A stretch of DNA of 62,763 nt, counting the filler, from Rhabdomonas costata (taxonomy: Eukaryota), in NCBI GenBank assembly GCA_019059605.1. It is 40 parts of 40 records of this genome, joined end to end, with 100 filler letters (N's around TTAATTAATTAA, not from the genome) between each part and the next. Parts side by side here need not be neighbours in the genome. Positions count along the whole stretch, not along the records: positions 59,725 to 61,192 come from JAHMHO010015090.1; positions 61,293 to 62,763 come from JAHMHO010015091.1; 38 more parts are not named here. One strand, 5' to 3'. A program made the translations under genes and the position numbers. This document shows, piece by piece, positions 59,849 through 62,763 of the stretch. Positions within the stretch are counted from its first letter, which is position 1; the number at the start of each line of letters is the position of its first letter. Below the pieces are notes generated by a model that did not search any database, was not told the DNA's origin, and was given only the letters and a program-made list of their open reading frames with translations.

Positions 59849-60986
59849 ATGATGATGAGGATTCTTGCTCTCATCTTCGTCATCGGCGTGACCTGCTCTC
59901 ATTCAGATAGCAGGGTCGGCCTTCACGATGCGAATTTGCCGGTGGTGGACGTGTTCATTCGCCACTACCGCGGGGACGCTGACTTCTTGGGCTTCTCCCT
60001 GCGTAGTCTGGACCAGTTTGGTGGGCGGCTCTTCCGCGCCATCCACATTCTTGTACCCAAGCGGTTGCAGACCCACATGAAGTTTCTGGAGCGATGGCGC
60101 ACGGTGTGCCCGAGCGTCGACTTGCGTATACGCGGATGGACTTGTGAAAATTATGAAACAAGCAGTGTGGGCAGCATTTCTGTTCGTCTTTCGTGGGGCA
60201 GGATCTTAGCTGGGTTAAACGTCTCTTCCATTTTTCTTGAAGGAGGGTGAGGATAAATCCATGCCGTATCTCTCGCCCCTAAGTTCCGTTTCATTCGGTG
60301 GGAATTGGCTGGGTGAGCTGAATGTCTGGTTTTGGCAGTCTCGCTTCCCCATGTTTTTCCCTTCGTTCCCTTCCTTGACACCACCTTCCTCCTCCGACCG
60401 CTGCTTCCATGTGCTCTCCTCCCTAGCAGTGTTCAATGCAGTATCCATTCTTCCTGTGTATTTGTGTGTACTTGTTTGTGATGTGTTTCGAGTCTCGGCT
60501 ACCTTGAGAAACAGGTGTGTGTGTTTGTGTGTGTGGGAGAGGGGGGGGGGGTGAAAACAGACCCTGGAGGAGGCTTGGGATTTTCCGTTCTTTGCTCAAA
60601 ACCAGCAGTTAGGCCAGTGTAGGAAGCAGGGAAGGAGGGGCAATCACGGTCATTGCCGTGATGATGAAGTCACTTCCAGTTCGTCACGGCCTTTTTGTGT
60701 ACTGATCTACGCACTCCATTTGTTTAACCGATCCATTTGTTTAACCGGATGGGTCTTGTTTTTTCAGCGCCACTATATTCCACGACATGTCCACGGCGTG
60801 GAAGAATTTACCAGGGACTTCAACCAAGAAATGCACGACAAGCTTTGCGCGGACCAGTACTCGAACGCGGACTTCATTTACCACCATGACCCGGACGTTG
60901 TGGTTACCCGTGCTGTGCACTTGTCCGACCTCTTTTCAGAGGAGAAGAAGCCTTGGCTGCCGTTCCGCCGCTGGGAGACCACCGCG
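59849..60986 (+). CDS. Secreted/Golgi GT-A-fold glycosyltransferase-like protein (exons 59849-60103, 60768-60986)
   Basis: Signal peptide MMMRILALIFVIGVTC; VDVFIRHYRGDADFLGFSLRSL; QEMHDKLCADQYSNADFIYHHDPDVVVTR with a DxD motif. Confidence 0.72.
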
Positions 60987-62104
60987 GTACGGCTCATCTC
61001 TCTTTTGTGCCCAGAGTCCGACTTCCTTTTCACTTTCCTTACCTCTTTATCTGGACCACCCGGTGTGATGTTGGGCAGTTTAGCCATTCCGTTTTCTTGT
61101 TTTTGTTGCCCACTCGGTTTTAATGTCCTTTTTATTCATGCGATCAGTTCATTTCTATCTTTGGCGGTAAAACCGAGTGGGCAACAAGCACTNNNNNNNN
61201 NNNNNNNNNNNNNNNNNNNNNNNNNNNNNNNNNNNNTTAATTAATTAANNNNNNNNNNNNNNNNNNNNNNNNNNNNNNNNNNNNNNNNNNNNGTGTGTGT
61301 GTACAGATGTATCTTGCTTTCGCGCGCCTGTGTACAGTAGCAACCAGCCCCTCTCTTGGAGAGCTTTTCCCGTTTGGTGGATGCAGACCGTCGTGTCCTG
61401 CTTTTCTTTTTTTTCTTTCGTTTTGCATAACCGCCTTCTTTTTCGGCTTTGTAGGGTTTGTTGAGGTTGGTGCTTTTTTCTTGTAATACCAGCGAATTTG
61501 TTGTGCTGCTGTGGAATTTTATCTCATGAAGCCTTGTGGTTGACTGCGCATGCGAAAAAGTACTGCGACAACGTTAAAGGGGGGGGGATAAAAATGAGAA
61601 TGACACAAAGGTTGTGGACCAACTTCTGGTCAAGTGCATTCAGGGCTGGGTCTTCGGTTGTTGCTGAACTCTGTCTTTGTGTCAACGTGAATGCTGTCCC
61701 GCTGCAGAGGTCTGAATACATTCCATCCGCTCCCTGCTGCAATGCTGCGACTGTCTCTAGCTCATGGGAGAAGAGGAACGATGGTCTAACGCTGCTTTCA
61801 CCTCGGAGAGATCATTAATACTGGGAATCAACATCACCGCCACCCTGGAATCAGAATTGGGCTGTTTTGCGAGTGTCAGCGAGGGGTGGTTGCCCTAAGC
61901 AAACAGATGGAGCACCGAATGGATACCCTTATCTAATGAAACAACAGAGTGGATTGAAGCACGTTTCAGTGGAGTTCCGTTCAGTGGGGGGGGGGGCGAG
62001 TTTTTTATCAATGGTAAGGTGTTGTTGATGACGTGTTCGATTTATGGGAGCATCTCGTGCAGGTTTTTGTGTTTTGGACTTTCATCGCTTGTTGTTCGGC
62101 GACC

Positions 62105-62240
62105 ATGGAAGAGGAGGAGGAGGCCGCTCTGGAGCGGCAGCGCATACCCAAAGAGATGATGTTCAAGTTGCAGATTGATCTTGTGCGCGGCAGCGTGATG
62201 AAAATGGGGCAGATCCTAGAACACACGAGCAAGGCGGCAG
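62105..62240 (+). CDS. Possible first exon of an unknown protein (MEEEEEAALERQRIPKEMMFKLQIDL...)
   Basis: ACCATGG start after a T-rich tract; ends at CAG|GTTCTT. Confidence 0.45.
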
Positions 62241-62763
62241 GTTCTTTTTGTTCTTTCCCATTCCGCAAACACCTCTCTCTTGCACTCTCTCAGGCAAATT
62301 GGTCAGAGACCACCGGGCACCGACCAAGTTCCAGGGGAGTGTACTTCGCCATCTAACTGCAGTGTGAATCAATCCCTCCTGCACAACACAAACTTCCACC
62401 CTCTGCCCGTGGACTGGAGGGGGGGGGATGGAGGGGCACAAAACCTTTTCGCAGGAATTCGACGTGCTTTTAGGATAACTTTCCTGGAGGTGGTTTCGTT
62501 GAGTGCTGTCCTTTGCTCCACCCCTCCATCGGATTTGCTCACCAGAAACAGTTTTGCAGCACACACGCACACACACACACACAACACACACACAACACAC
62601 ACACACACACACCGCACCGAGTGGTTGGTGGACTGCAATTGTGCCTCACTCAGCGGGCGAGACTCCGCGTTTGGAGGAGAAAGATTCTGAGTCGATAATC
62701 CAGGTGCAGTGCTTTTTCCCGCTCTGCGCTGAATGAACGTTGGCACCTTTGGGGGGGACTAAA

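Noticed and set aside
1473-61292. Regularly spaced identical TTAATTAATTAA elements resembling a CRISPR-like or periodic array
   Set aside because: Embedded in N runs; artificial six-frame-stop linker. ORFs ending in XXX-LIN are artefacts of it

Overview
This is not one contiguous locus. It is a concatenation of 40 unrelated contigs of ~1.47 kb, joined by 39 artificial 100-nt spacers (N44-TTAATTAATTAA-N44, stops in all six frames). Most contigs start with G/T-only sequence and end with A/C-only sequence, which looks like degenerate whole-genome-amplification primer scars (single-cell or low-input library). Most of the DNA is from an intron-rich eukaryote, probably a euglenozoan (euglenid-like: GTGYG-biased donors, several GC-AG introns, TTAGGG-type repeats). 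The ORF track is therefore mostly spurious and genes were rebuilt by hand as spliced fragments: MRE11, BI-1/lifeguard, mitochondrial-type uL14, LUC7, Vps34-like PI3K, PIP5K, FG-nucleoporin, ankyrin, WD40, two AGC kinase pieces (one with DFG changed to GLG), STE11-like MAPKKK, two SGNH hydrolases, a SAM methyltransferase, a C2 domain, tandem Sushi/CCP modules, an ATG1-like MIT region and a secreted GT-A glycosyltransferase. The main items worth follow-up are (1) a very AT-rich intronless contig (29873-31344) with giant-virus-type alpha/beta hydrolase and frameshifted DNA methyltransferase genes, (2) a broken Merlin/IS1595-type transposase running into an intronless coiled-coil protein with three atypical CCHC zinc fingers, (3) one-domain-per-symmetric-exon gene architecture, (4) a candidate euglenid non-conventional intron and (5) a tRNA-like Pol III element. 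No complete novel system can be shown from 1.5-kb fragments. All family calls come from motif recognition, not database searches.
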